A stretch of DNA of 63,978 nucleotides, counting the filler, from Octopus bimaculoides (taxonomy: Eukaryota): NCBI RefSeq assembly GCF_001194135.2. It is 4 parts of 3 records of this genome, joined end to end, with 100 filler letters (N's around TTAATTAATTAA, not from the genome) between each part and the next. Parts side by side here need not be neighbours in the genome. Positions count along the whole stretch, not along the records: positions 1 to 22,068 come from NC_068982.1; 3 more parts are not named here. One strand, written 5' to 3'. A program made the translations under genes and the position numbers. The notes beneath the pieces were generated by a model. The model was not told the origin of the DNA, did not search any database, and was given only the letters and a program-made list of their open reading frames with translations. Below are positions 1 through 12,149 of this stretch, one piece after another (position 1 is the stretch's first letter; each line of letters opens with the position of its first letter).

Positions 1-91
1 TATATATATATATATATATGGGTAGAGAGAGAGAGAGTAAAGGACACCCCAAGTCATTTTTCAAAGATGTTCAAGAAAGCGACAGCAAAAG

Positions 92-1005
92 AAATGTGCA
101 AGACCTAACTGTGGTAGATGCGTCAACCTAATTGAGGGATCGGAATTCTCTTTCAAGCAGCGTCAACGTTTCACCGTGAAAAACAACTTCACATGTGCTT
201 CGGAAAACCTAATATATGTGTTAACTTGCTCAGGATGCCGATAACAATACATTGGTCAAACTAAAAACAGTCTACGCCAGAAGATGACCGTACATAAACC
301 CCAGATTAAAATATGAGAATACAGAAAAATAGCATTAACCGAACACATCGACATTTGCGCCACTAACGAACAACCCAACTTTAGAATTCTTCCCCTCTAT
401 ATATTCAGGGACAATGCAACCTATAATCAACGCATTAGCAAAGAATCATATTTTATCGCAAAATATAAGCCTCTTTCGAATGATTCCATCACAGATGACA
501 CTCCTATATGGATCTTAGAGTAATACCCACACAAATATTAAAAACGATAGATATATTCATATCAGTCGCTTCCCGTGAATTTATTTAGAACAATTCCAAC
601 TACTTCTGCTACAACCACAACAGGTCACTTTTAGGTTACTTGACCATTAAAGAAGATTCCACGAACGGTCTACAGTGTCATATCACTCCCTTCTTCTTCT
701 TCTTCTTCTTCTTCTTCTTCTTCTTCTTCTTCTTCTTCTTCTTCTTCTCCTCCTCCTCCTCCTCCTGCGCTGCTGCTGCTTAAACTATCAATTCTCTGTA
801 CCCATAAAAACTATTTCTTCAGATCTACCTACCAATCCTTCACAAAAGAACAGAGAGAGACATTAAAAACGAAAAATGTCCGAAACATTTCAAGACTATG
901 GAAATATTTACAAAACATTTCATTTAATTTTTTCTTCAATTTAATTGCTCTTCTTATTTTACTCTTAGTTGAAAAAGTCGAAAAGACTGAAACGGGTACT
1001 AAAAT
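92..1005 (+). mobile_element. Penelope-like element 3' remnant (GIY-YIG endonuclease pseudogene plus terminal-repeat region)
   Basis: Manual translation: KCARPNCGRC...FTCASENLIYVLTCSGCR*QYIGQTKNSLRQKMTVH, then after a frameshift EHIDIC...FRILPLY...KESYFIAKYKPL (92-485). This matches the Cys-rich linker plus GIY-YIG domain of PLEs. A degenerate hammerhead-like motif follows at 965-1002. Confidence 0.85.
695..770. repeat. (CTT)n/(CCT)n microsatellite
   Basis: Direct reading; explains the poly-Leu ORF 675..866. Confidence 0.97.
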
Positions 1006-1064
1006 ATACTTCTTGATAAAATTATTTTATATTGCTTGATGTACAGATGTTTGCGTGAGCGTGC

Positions 1065-1512
1065 GCCTGTGCGTCATCACAGGTAGAATCAGCGCAATAC
1101 ACAGTGACAACGCTGAAGCATCAAATTACAGATATATCCCATTCAGTGGGGGTTTTTTTCCACCAGCCGGTTTCTGTTTACGGAATCAAATGCAGATTTC
1201 GCGTGAGATGTCTCGGTCGCGTGTGGATAAAACACTGTTAAAGAAAGATAGGGAGGAATGAAGAACATGTAATTAGCACAAANNNNNNNNNNCGCCTGTG
1301 CGTCATCACAGGTAGAATCAGCGCAATACACAGTGACAACGCTGAAGCATCAAATTACAGATATATCCCATTCAGTGGGGGTTTTTTTCCACCAGCCGGT
1401 TTCTGTTTACGGAATCAAATGCAGATTTCGCGTGAGATGTCTCGGTCGCGTGTGGATAAAACACTGTTAAAGAAAGATAGGGAGGAATGAAGAACATGTA
1501 ATTAGCACAAAA
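1065..1512. other. Assembly artefact: ~218-bp exact duplication flanking a 10-N gap
   Basis: 1065-1282 is repeated identically at 1293-1510 across nnnnnnnnnn (1283-1292), typical of an unmerged contig overlap. Confidence 0.85.
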
Positions 1513-2105
1513 ACGAGGAACAAAAGCTGACTCTGGAGAATACCAGAATTGATTGGAATTGGGGCAGAAAGAGGACCGGCTACACATGTTACGATGCTGT
1601 TATTGAATAGTAGCTATCGATCCTAGAGATACGAGATTAGTGGAGCCAGTAGGCGGTAATTTTTTGTAGGAAATTTGCATACTGAAAACGGTCGAAAATT
1701 TTGCTCAAACTAGGGCAATAAGATTACTTTCAAAAACTTTTCTAAGGCGGAGGCCACTGTTAAATAACATAAAATAATGTTTTCAGTGAATTTGGCTTTG
1801 AGGAAGCAGTAGTTGTGATCTCTGAAGAGAGAGTTATTCAAGATATTAGAGGACGATATTCTTAATAGATGTCTCCATTACTTTATGGATGTTAAAGGGT
1901 GAGGGTGATAAGATGATAGTTCACCAGGCCAGAGAGGTTTACCTTTCTCTGAAATAGGACACAGAAGCGCGTTTCCAAATGTCAGGGTGTATATCCTCCA
2001 GAGAACAAAAGGTTAAAGAGTTTGGTGAATATAGAGACAAGTTCTGAGCGCAGTGTTCGTGTGTATTGGAAAGGATATTGTCAGAGATAGCAGGCGTGTT
2101 TTAAG
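1065..2105 (-). mobile_element. Degraded non-LTR retrotransposon RT fragment (CR1/L2/Jockey-like)
   Basis: Minus-strand translation across frameshifts: ELVSIFTKLFNLL..PDIWKRASV..NYHLITLT..HKVMETSIKN..YLE..FRDHNYCFLKAKFT..WIDS..SGILQSQLL. These resemble degenerate LINE RT domains 0-4. Confidence 0.65.
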
Positions 2106-2134
2106 CAATTGGAGGTATTTCTATATAACATTAT

Positions 2135-2348
2135 AGATAGATAGCTAAATAGATAGTTTAGATAGATAGATAGATAGATAGATACATACATACATACATA
2201 CATACATACATACATGCATGCATACATGCATGCATACATACATACATACATACATACATACATACATGCACATCGGTGCCCCAGCATGGCTACAGCCTTA
2301 AGGCTGAAACATATAAAAGAATATGTATGCATACACACACACACACAC

Positions 2349-2441
<93 letters not shown>

Positions 2442-2455
2442 GATATATATACACG
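2135..2455. repeat. Compound microsatellite (GATA)n-(TACA)n-(CA)n-(TA)n
   Basis: Direct reading. Confidence 0.97.
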
Positions 2456-3499
2456 CACACTAAGTAATTTCAAATGACACAATACTTAATGAAACTATTA
2501 TCAATGAAATAATTTATACCCGATTTGAAGAGTTTCGATTGAATATCTATAATAAATACCGATCCGACTAAGAACGTAGGAAATATTGAAATTTTATCAT
2601 TAGCTCCCCTACTTCAACTTTGTTCCGTTTTTATGGACTATTTGCCCATCAGCACTCTTCAACAAATATATTTATATATGTTATGAGATCGTTATTGATT
2701 TCAGAAAATCTTGACACCTCCATACTGCATAAGTTCAGTTTGTAAACACGCTACATATCTATCCGTATTCATTTCTAGTCAATATATCTGCTGATCTTCG
2801 CCGCATTAAATTAGGATTATTGTATCCAATTAGTTGCCTCTTGATACTACTTCCGAGTAGACACATTTAATGTTAGTGCAGTCACCTTTATTATGGATAT
2901 ATTACTATATTTTATCAGAGACCTATTAACCTGACAATACAGAACTCGTACCAAAAGCAGAACGAATAGCTAAGGGATGTTATTTATCTATTGCTTACCA
3001 TATAATTGTTTACCTCTTCATTCCTTGATTATATTTTCTATTTATTTTTATGGCATTTTTTGTGACATTAACTACAGTATTTCTAAAATATATCTGCTTT
3101 CTCATTATCTTAAATTAGTTTTCACTTGTTTATTCCAAAATTCTAGGGGCTGGGGTTGTAGAAGATATTTTATAAACAATTTACTTCAATTTATTTTTCT
3201 TTAACAGCTGTGGTATTTTTCGAAGATGTAGTCATTCTTTTTAATATTAACAATTGTAAACTTAAAAATCTATGGAGGTGCAACTTTCCAGTCTTATTAT
3301 CACTATTATTGTCCCTCCTTTAGAAAAGCTTGCAATTTTGTTCTTCTTAACTGTTTTTCTTATTTATAATTCTTTTTATTCCTACACTATTCTTATTGCT
3401 AATTTTCTCATTTTTATCATGAGTGGTGGACGTAAATACTCAACTCACTGTATTTCGTATTTGTACTGTTCCCTACGATCTTGGACCCTAAGCTAATAA

Positions 3500-4862
3500 C
3501 GGAAATTGACAGAAGCGTTAGCACACCGGGCGAAATGCTTAGCGGTATTTCGTCTTTCTGTACGTTCTGAGTTCAAATTCCGACGTGGTCGACTTTGCCT
3601 TTCATCCTTTCGGAGTCGATAAATTAAGTACCAGTTGCGTACTGCGGTTGATCTAATCGACTGGCCCCTCCCCAAAAATGTTGGGCCTTGTGCATAGAGT
3701 AGAGAAGATTATTATTATTATTAAGACGGCGAGTTGGCAGAATCGTGAGCACGCCGAGCGAAATGCTTAGCGGTATTTCGACCGTCTTTACGTTTTGAGT
3801 TTAAATTCCGACGAGGTCGACTTTGCTTTTCATCCTTTCGGGGTCGATGAATTAAGTATTAGTCAAGTACTGGGGTCGATATAATCGACTAATCCCCTAC
3901 CCCAAAATTTCAGGTTTTGTGTATAGAGTAGAAAAGATTATTATTATTATTATTAATATGGTGGCGAGTAGACAGAATTGTTCAAATTCCGCAGAGGCCG
4001 GCTTTGCCTTTTATCCTTCCGAAGTCGATAAAAATTAGTGCCAGTTGAGCTCTGGGATCGGTGTAATGGATTGCATCCTACTCTTTTAAGAAATAATGCT
4101 TTCTACTATAAGCACAAGACCTGGCAGGGAAGGCTACTCGATTACATTGACCCTAGTGCGTAGCTGATACCTATTTCATTGACCCCGAAAGAATGAAGGG
4201 CAAAGTCGATCTCGGCGGAATTTGAGCTCAGAACATAAAGACGGGTGAAATGCTACTAAGCATTTTACCTGGCGCGCTAACGAATTTGTCAGCTCATCGC
4301 TTTACTCTTTAAAGAAATTATACTTATTAATATTAGGTGAGCTTAAGGCGGCGAGCAAGTAGAATCGTTTGCACGCCTGGCGAAATGTTTAGCGGCATTT
4401 CGTCCGTCTTCATGTTCTGAGTTCAAATTACGCCAAGGTCGACTTCGCATTTCAGTCTTCCGAGATCGATAAAATAAGTACCAGTTGAAACCATTATTAT
4501 TATGTCATGATGGCAGTGCGCTGGCTGAATCGTTAGCACACCAGTCAAAACGCCTTAGCGTCATATTATCTGAGTTCAAATTCTGTCGAGGTTGACTTTG
4601 CCATTCACTCTTTTGGAGTTGAGGAAATTTAGTACCAGATGAGAACTGGGGTCGATGTACTCAATTTCAAGCTCTTTTGCCTATTGTAGAAAGGATTATT
4701 ATGATAGTGGAGTTGTAGAATCGTTAGAGCATCAGATAAAATGCCTTGCGGTATTTGTTCAAGCTCTTTATGTTAAGTTCAAATCATGCCGAATTCAACT
4801 ATGCTTTCCGTGCGATCAGTAAAATGAAGAACAAGTCAAGTACTCAGGTTTGCTTAATCGAC
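3500..4862. mobile_element. Cluster of ~7 tRNA-derived SINEs (family 1; six +, one -)
   Basis: Repeated head GGCGAGYTGGCAGAATCGTTAGCAC, B-box-like GAGTTCAAATTCC, core TTTCATCCTTTCGGGGTCGATAAAATAAGTACCAGT and (ATT)n tails. Copies at about 3500, 3723, 3957, 4100(-), 4345, 4510 and 4705. Resembles octopus tRNA-derived SINEs; family name not verified. Confidence 0.9.
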
Positions 4863-5071
4863 CATTATATCTACCATGAAAAATAAAAGCACTCTAGATA
4901 TATGTATATTTAAGAAACTTTTAATAATATTCACCTTCCACTCAGTTCTTATCCTTCACTATTTTGAGCTTTCAACAAAAACAGATGGAGATAAAGTGAC
5001 ACAATGATGCCAATAATAAAACGTAGGCGATTAAACGGTTTTTTTTTATTTGTGTTTTTGTTTATTTTTAC

Positions 5072-5122
5072 CTGTTGCTAGGATAAAAGGAGTCAAGCTG
5101 TTCTTTATATTTCAAAAATACC
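5072..5122 (-). CDS. Candidate internal exon (51 nt, phase 2-2): VFLKYKEQLDSFYPSN
   Basis: Acceptor ttatctgtttccag|, donor CAG|gtaaaa; only one of three frames is open. No homolog recognised. Confidence 0.4.
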
Positions 5123-5159
5123 CTGGAAACAGATAACAAATTTACTGCAGAATCTCAAT

Positions 5160-5345
5160 ATGTTGTTGTTGTTGTTGAGGTGGTGGTGGTGGTGGTGGTT
5201 TTGGTGGTGGTGGTTTTAGTGGTGGTGGTGGTGGTGGTGGTGGCTGCGGCGGCAGGGGTGATGTTTGTGGTTGTAGTGATGATTGATGCTTGTAGTGGTT
5301 GTGGTTGTGATGATAGTGGTGCTGCTGATGATGATGACGGTGGTG
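5160..5345. repeat. (GTT)n/(GTG)n low-complexity tract
   Basis: Direct reading. Confidence 0.9.
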
Positions 5346-6957
5346 ATTTAGCCATAAATTACTTTTGTTTCAGACCGACAATTAAACACTTCTAGCTTTG
5401 ACTATGCCACCTTAATTTATGTCCTGAATTAATCTAACCATGTGTTCGTTTTTTGCTTTTTTTTTTCCGTTTCTCTTATGCCAGTTGGATATCGTTCGAG
5501 GATTTGTGAGATTTTAGATAGCAGATACAACGATTGTGTAAGGTACCTATCTTTAACTGTATAGTAAGAACCCGGGACAAATCTTTTGCGAAGACATCTT
5601 AATTCTTTCTACAATAGGGGCAAGATCATAGTCACGAGGGAGAGTTTAGTCGATTTAGATCGACACCAATATCTGACTGATATTTTGTGCTATCCCACTC
5701 GGAAGGATGAACTGCAAAATTGACATCAGCGGTATTTTAAAGACAAAATTGATCTCGGTGATATTTCTAAGATAATACTGTTAAGGTAGACTTGCGTAGT
5801 ACCATATATTGAAAACCTTATTACTGTAGCATTATTCAATCATATATAAAGACTTTTAATTATAGTTCTTGTACGAAAGGCCAGTACTGGACATTTTGAT
5901 ATATTGTTGGTACATATTTAACATGTTAAAGTGAACTATTTAATTCATATTACTCTATTTTATCTACTATCTGGAGTTTTATATATGAATAGCATGCTAA
6001 GTACAAACTCTCAAAGTCTAACCATCATGTTTAACTCTAGTATTGTGATTATATAGTACAATAGCTGAACAGGGAGAATTCATTGATTCTTAACTACGCT
6101 CGAACTTTAAGTTTATAGCTCTGAACAAAATTGTCATATGAATATTAATGTAAAGGCAGGCCCTTAATATGCATGAAATAAAATAGAAGAAAACGAAAAA
6201 TATATAGGAAGGAACATTGGAATAAATGTGAACGATATATTAGAACAGAATATCTGGTTTCCATAGCACTGACATACGTACACCAAGAAATTTTATTCTT
6301 AAGCCATGACATAATGGGATATAGTCAAACATTCATATGCGAATGCACGTTCATACACACGCTCACGCGCGCATACACACATATACACACTCACACATAA
6401 TATATAATATCGAGATGATTTCCTCGATAGCATTCGTGCGTGTGTGTCTGTCTGTCTGTCTGTCTGCATGTATGTATGTATGTATGTATGTATGTATGTA
6501 TGTATGCATGTATGTATTACGTTGTATTTGTCTATGTATTTATATATCCATGTACCTATGTATCTATGCATGTGTATGTGTATTCGTTCAAAGTCCCGAC
6601 AGTATCGTTTTACTGCAATTTCAGGATTAGCTAATTTATTGCAAAAGATATTACACAGAGGAGTCCGAAAGAATAACAATGATAGTGAAAGTTGAAAAAA
6701 ATACATAAATCACATTTTCAGAACTATCTATCTGCTTATTAAGGTATAAATGGTAAATCACAGAAATAAGAGAGGAATTCATTAGAAAGCAAACTCGAAA
6801 TTTAGGTGTCTGAAGAACAGAGATTTCATTTTTTCCAGACAATATAAATGAACAGAGCAAGTGTACAGGGCGCATTGTCCAAATATATGTTTGTTTCATT
6901 GGTATGTGGAGCCAGCTTTTGTGCTGTTCAGTGAAAGAAGCTATAAATATATATATA

Positions 6958-7330
6958 TTAGCAGAGATACCCGGCGTTGCCCATGTTACATGCAATTAAA
7001 GAATTAAACTTTTCTGTTATATTTTCTCTAATGAACTGGAATACCTATGATTCGAATTTCATCAAAATTGCAGATGAAGGTTCTTTCCCTTTTTACACAC
7101 CCTAAAAAAATTCTAATCATGATACATGTATCCCATACTACTTATCTTTATGCGCAGAATCCAAAATTCCAGTCTTATGGAACCTGTTAAAAGGATTTTG
7201 CTCCTGAAAAATGGATGCCATGGAGCTCTAAAATGTGGGAGTTAAGGCCCCTATTGGGGGTGGGTGTTTTTATGTCAACCAGAGAAGTTGAATTGTTGCG
7301 AATCTGTTTAACTTGGGTCTTATATGTATT
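6958..7330 (-). mobile_element. Helitron-like 3' terminus and adjacent non-autonomous body (degraded)
   Basis: Minus strand reads GGGCAACGCCGGG-tatctctg-CTAA, a degraded version of the hairpin + CTAG end seen intact at 21704-21732. Confidence 0.5.
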
Positions 7331-7377
7331 GTTCGAATTTCTTTGAAATAGGAAATATATGTATACTCTTTTACACT

Positions 7378-7566
7378 CTTACTTGTTTCAGTCATTTGAC
7401 TGCGGCCGTGCTGGAGCACCGCCTTTATAGTCGACCAAATCGACCCCAGAGCTTATTCTTTGAAAGCCTAGTACTTATTCTATCGGTCTCTTTTGTCGAA
7501 CTGCTAAGTTACGGGGACGCAAACACACCAGCATCGGTTGTCAAGCGATGCTGGGGGACAAACAAA

Positions 7567-7610
<44 letters not shown>
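7378..7610 (-). mobile_element. tRNA-derived SINE family 2 (CORE-like), 3' half
   Basis: TTACTTGTTTCAGTCATTTGACTGCGGCC.TGCTGGAGCACCGCC end shared with copies at 32518 and (inverted) ~38200. Confidence 0.85.
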
Positions 7611-7613
<3 letters not shown>

Positions 7614-7710
7614 TTGACAGGAAGGACAACAAAAGAAAGAAAGAGACCTCGATATTATGCAAACAGAGGAAATTATCTGTAAAAATATGTGACACTTATT
7701 CAGTAGCCAT

Positions 7711-7771
7711 GATAAAACTCCGAGTTTCGGATGCCAGGGTGGGAGCCCACGCCAACATCTCTTCAGTTATC
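7711..7771 (-). ncRNA. Type I minimal hammerhead ribozyme motif, probably in a Penelope terminal-repeat fragment (7620-7800)
   Basis: Minus strand: stem I GATAA / CTGAAGA core / stem II GATG..CATC / GAAA / palindromic stem III ACTC-G-GAGT / cleavage triplet GTT / stem I' TTATC. Core CUGANGA, GAAA and UH are all present. Confidence 0.7.
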
Positions 7772-8114
7772 CGGCCAATTGAAAATTCCTGTCTAGGCGT
7801 GCNNNNNNNNNNTCCAAAACAGAAATATTATTAAATTCTACTATAGTAATGAGTACCATTTCTTTCGATTCTTTATACTAAACGTTAACGTGTGTGCGTG
7901 TGTGTGTGTGTGTGTGTGTATGTGTGTAAAATCTTCCGCTTTACCCGAATGTTGATTTCCGTAACATGAAACACAGTTTTCCATTGGTTTCCAAATTACA
8001 CACGGATGTCAATACACAATAAGCTCATGCAACAATGGGAGGAGCGCCTCACGATACGCATACGGACATTTCGAGGTATTTTTATAACCACAACTCTTCC
8101 ATAACAGGAAGATA

Positions 8115-8118
8115 CTTC

Positions 8119-8158
<40 letters not shown>

Positions 8159-8248
8159 ACTCACTCTATCTCTATCTCTCTTTCTCTCTCTGTATGCTAT
8201 GAAAATAGAGAGAGAGAGAGAGGATGAGAGTCAACGAGACAGACAGCC

Positions 8249-8287
<39 letters not shown>

Positions 8288-8338
8288 AAGATAGATAGAT
8301 TGACAGACAGACAGACAGACAGACAGATAGATAAATAA

Positions 8339-8400
<62 letters not shown>
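8115..8400. repeat. (CT)n and (GATA)n/(GACA)n microsatellites
   Basis: Direct reading. Confidence 0.95.
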
Positions 8401-8401
<1 letters not shown>

Positions 8402-8804
8402 TCATCGGAAGAACGTTAAGAGGCATAACTTTGCCTTACGGACCCATACGAATATGCGTTTTACCACACATCTACGACATTATGGGCCTTTATTATATAA
8501 TGAAGATGTTTATAGTGATAAGCCATAATTCATTCGAAACGACTGTCAAGATAAGAGTATTACATAACTTCTTTCGTTTATCCTGCATTCTTAATTTTTT
8601 GCATTTTTTGTATATTCTGTAAATATACTCATCAAGCTTCCTTGTGTCTAGCTGCCTTTTTACTCCCACACTCCTATGAAGATCGTGCATATAGCAGACT
8701 TTCTACACAAGAGGCACCTGTCTTGTAATTTAATTTCCCATTTATCTGAGCACTACTCCGTGAATATCTCTACTACGCTTCCCTTGGCACTCCTCAACAC
8801 ACCA

Positions 8805-8988
8805 TTATATATATATATATATATATATAATATTTAATATATACTCTTATGATACATATTTTGATGTATGCACACATATATACACGTATGCACATATGTG
8901 TGGGCATCTACAGTGAGTGTGTGTGTGTGTGTATATATAATATATATATATGTATATACACATAAATATATCTATATACGTATGTATA

Positions 8989-9056
<68 letters not shown>

Positions 9057-9060
9057 CATG
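8805..9060. repeat. (TA)n/(TG)n microsatellite tract
   Basis: Direct reading. Confidence 0.95.
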
Positions 9061-9574
9061 TGCTCAGATGTAATATATTTCTTTACGGTTTTGTTTATTT
9101 AGTGATACAAAATCAAAAGTGTTTAATATATTTTTAGCACTGATAAAATAACGGTGTCGATTTTACAGACAGAACCAGACTTGGGCTACCTTCTACCTTT
9201 GGGGTAATCAAATACGGTTTCCTTGAATAAAGTCTGGCTTTTGCGTAAAAAATATATTTCCCTTAATTATCTATTAATGTATTCTTCATTAAATATATAT
9301 AATTAAGTCAAAAGATCAGTTTATATTTTTATTTTTTATTTCAATATTTATAATTACATTTTCAGAATAAATGTAATTACATTTTCCTCTAAAACCTATT
9401 AAAGAAACACTAAACAATTTTTTATTAGATTTTCTATTATGTAGCCTTATTAGATTATATAATATTTAAATCAATACGGACGGCTTTCAAATATGAAAGT
9501 TCCCAACTTTTTCCCCGCCAATATGTGTAGTTCTTGTGCCTGTGTAAGAGACTGTTATTACCGAGGGAGATGAA

Positions 9575-11162
9575 ATCGTCAGAATATCAGAGAAAATTAC
9601 TTGTAATTGTTCTGGCTCTTTACGCTTTGAGTTCAAATTCCACCGAACACAACTGTGTCTCTCATCTTTTTCGGTCTAGATGAAATAAAGTATCAGTTAC
9701 GTATTGGAATCCATGTAATCAACTTTCCCCTCCCCTCAAAATTACTGAGCTTATGCCAAAATTTGAATCCACTACTACGACAACCATTTGATTCCATTTT
9801 TCATTGTTTGATCCCTCTAAAAGCTTCCAAAATGATTTCACAATCAACCAAGGTGAACTTCGCCTTCCATCACTCCATGGTAGATAAAAAAAAAGTACCA
9901 GTCAAGAACTGAGGCCAATAGTATCGATTTACCCCTCCCCTGAAAGCTGCTGGCTTTGAGTTTAATGCTGCCTTGGATCGACCCTTCGAACTGTTATGTC
10001 CGCTGAATGGACTGTACTCGCAATTGTAACGAGCCTTGTCACGCGGAATAAGTACGTTATGAGTCTAAGTGTCTTTGGAATACTCAACCACTTTTATTAT
10101 AATTCTTTGAATAAGTAATTTAGTAGTTCATCCTTACAATTATTGTAGACGTTGCGGAGGCAGTGAGTTGGCAGAATCATTAGAATGTCGGCGAAAATAC
10201 TTTGCAGCATTTTTTCCGACTTTACGTTTTGAGTTCGAATTCCGCCGAGTTCGATTATACATTACATCCTTTCGATGGGCAATAAAATAAGTACCAGTTG
10301 AACACAGGGGTGGTGTCATCGACTTACCATCTTCCATGAAAATGCTGGCCTTGTGCCAAAATTTGAAACCAATATTGTAGATGTTGCTGCTGTAATTTGT
10401 AATATTGATTTCAAATTTTGGCACAAGACCAGCAATTTCGTGGGTGGAGTAAGTCGATTAAATCGACTCCAGTGCTCGGTTGGTGCATATTTTGTCGAAT
10501 CCGAAAGGACGAAAAGCAAAGTTGACTCCGGCGGAATCTGAACTCAGAAGGTAAAAACAGACGAAAGGCCGCAGCGCATGTTACCCGACATGCTAACGTT
10601 TCTTATTCCTTTATTGCCCACAAGAGGCTAAACATAGAGGAGACAAACAAGAACAGACAAAGGGATTAAGTCGATTACATCGAATCCAGTGCGTAACTGG
10701 TACTTAATTTATCGACCACGAAAGGATAAAAGGCACAGTCGACCTCGGCGGAATTTGAACTCAGAACGTAACGGCAGACGAAACACCGCTAAGCATTTCG
10801 CCCGGCGTGCTAACGTTTCTGCCAGCTCGCCGCCTCAACTATAGTTTGTAGTGGTGATTTCAAATTTTGGTACAATGTCAATGATTGCGTGGGAAGGGAT
10901 AGGTCGATTACATGAACCCCCAGTGCTCAGGTGGTAACTTATTAAATCCACCTCGGAAGGATGAAAGGCAAAGTAGCGGCTTTCGTCCGTCTTTACGTTC
11001 TGAATTCAAATTCCGCCGAGGTCGACTTTGTGCACCGAGGTCGACTTTCATCTTTTCGGGGTCGATAAAATAAGTACCAGTTAAGCACGGGGTGGGGTTC
11101 AACGTAATCGACTTACCTACCTCGCCCCCGAAGTTGCTGGCCTTGTGCCAAATTTTAAAACA
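9575..11162. mobile_element. Second cluster of family-1 SINEs (~7 copies, mixed orientation)
   Basis: Copies at about 9575(+), 9790(+), 10155-10375(+), 10405-10600(-), 10605-10836(-), 10858-10978(-) and 10975-11162(+); same core motif as the 3.5-kb cluster. Confidence 0.9.
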
Positions 11163-11529
11163 ACATTAGTTGATATGGATGCAAGATGTAGTGGTTGTGT
11201 CACTGATGATTTTTAGATGTATTGTAGGAGGTGGTTGTGGTTGTGGTTTCGGTGTAGTTCCTGCTTTTGACGCAGCCCTCTTTGAACAGTTTTCTTATCG
11301 AAAAACATTATATCTGTAGCCATTCGATATTTTATTCAGCTTCTGTATATCAAAGATTATAAAATCTAATATGTCCTTCCTTTGTTTTAAGATGATGGAG
11401 TGTAATAAGAAAAAAAATTAGCTACTATTCCTAGCATGTCGAGCAACCACTTAGAGATTTCTTTGTTTGCTCGTAGTTTCAATGGTGGTGATGTTGATGT
11501 CTGTGCTATACTCATCGTTGTTTTTTTAT

Positions 11530-11600
11530 TTTGTGTGGGGGAGGGGTTAATGGTGATGGCTGTGATAACAGCGGTGGCGGCGGCGGTGTTGCTGCTGTTC

Positions 11601-11632
<32 letters not shown>

Positions 11633-12075
11633 GGTGGTGGTGGTGGTGGTTGCCGCACTGATATTAATCATTGTTGTGCAGGCGGTGATGATGGCGTTAG
11701 TGGCGGCGTTGTTATTGGGGTTGATGGTGGTGTTGTTGTGCTGTTGTTGTTCTTATAGTTTAGCCCCAGGTCAACAGTAGACGTATGATCAAAGACGTTC
11801 CAGCCATGAACTAATGTTGGTGGTGGTGGCAATAGTAGTTATAGTGGCAGAAGTAGTTGCGGTGTTGGTGGTGCTGACATTATTATTATGAATTATATTC
11901 CAGAGAGGTGAAAGTATATGTTAGAGCGCCGAACTGCGTTACCCTGTTGGGTTTCGCACATTTTTGTTGGGATCGAATATGCCCTCACAACCCCCAGAAT
12001 TGATTATCATCCGCCAAAATGTTGTTATATCTATATAAACATTGTATTTATTGGCTCAGTGCCCTAGTCACAAAA

Positions 12076-12149
<74 letters not shown>

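Noticed and set aside
1065-1512. Apparent 218-bp tandem duplication
   Set aside because: Identical copies flank a 10-N gap; almost certainly a contig-overlap artefact.
2500-3480. Possible decayed Penelope N-terminus/RT on the minus strand
   Set aside because: Only a vague resemblance (FSEINNDLI) with many stops; no diagnostic motif.
3500-11162. Regularly repeated ~200-bp units that might suggest a CRISPR-like or tRNA array
   Set aside because: Eukaryotic SINE copies of variable divergence and orientation; no constant repeat-spacer period and no intact cloverleaf.
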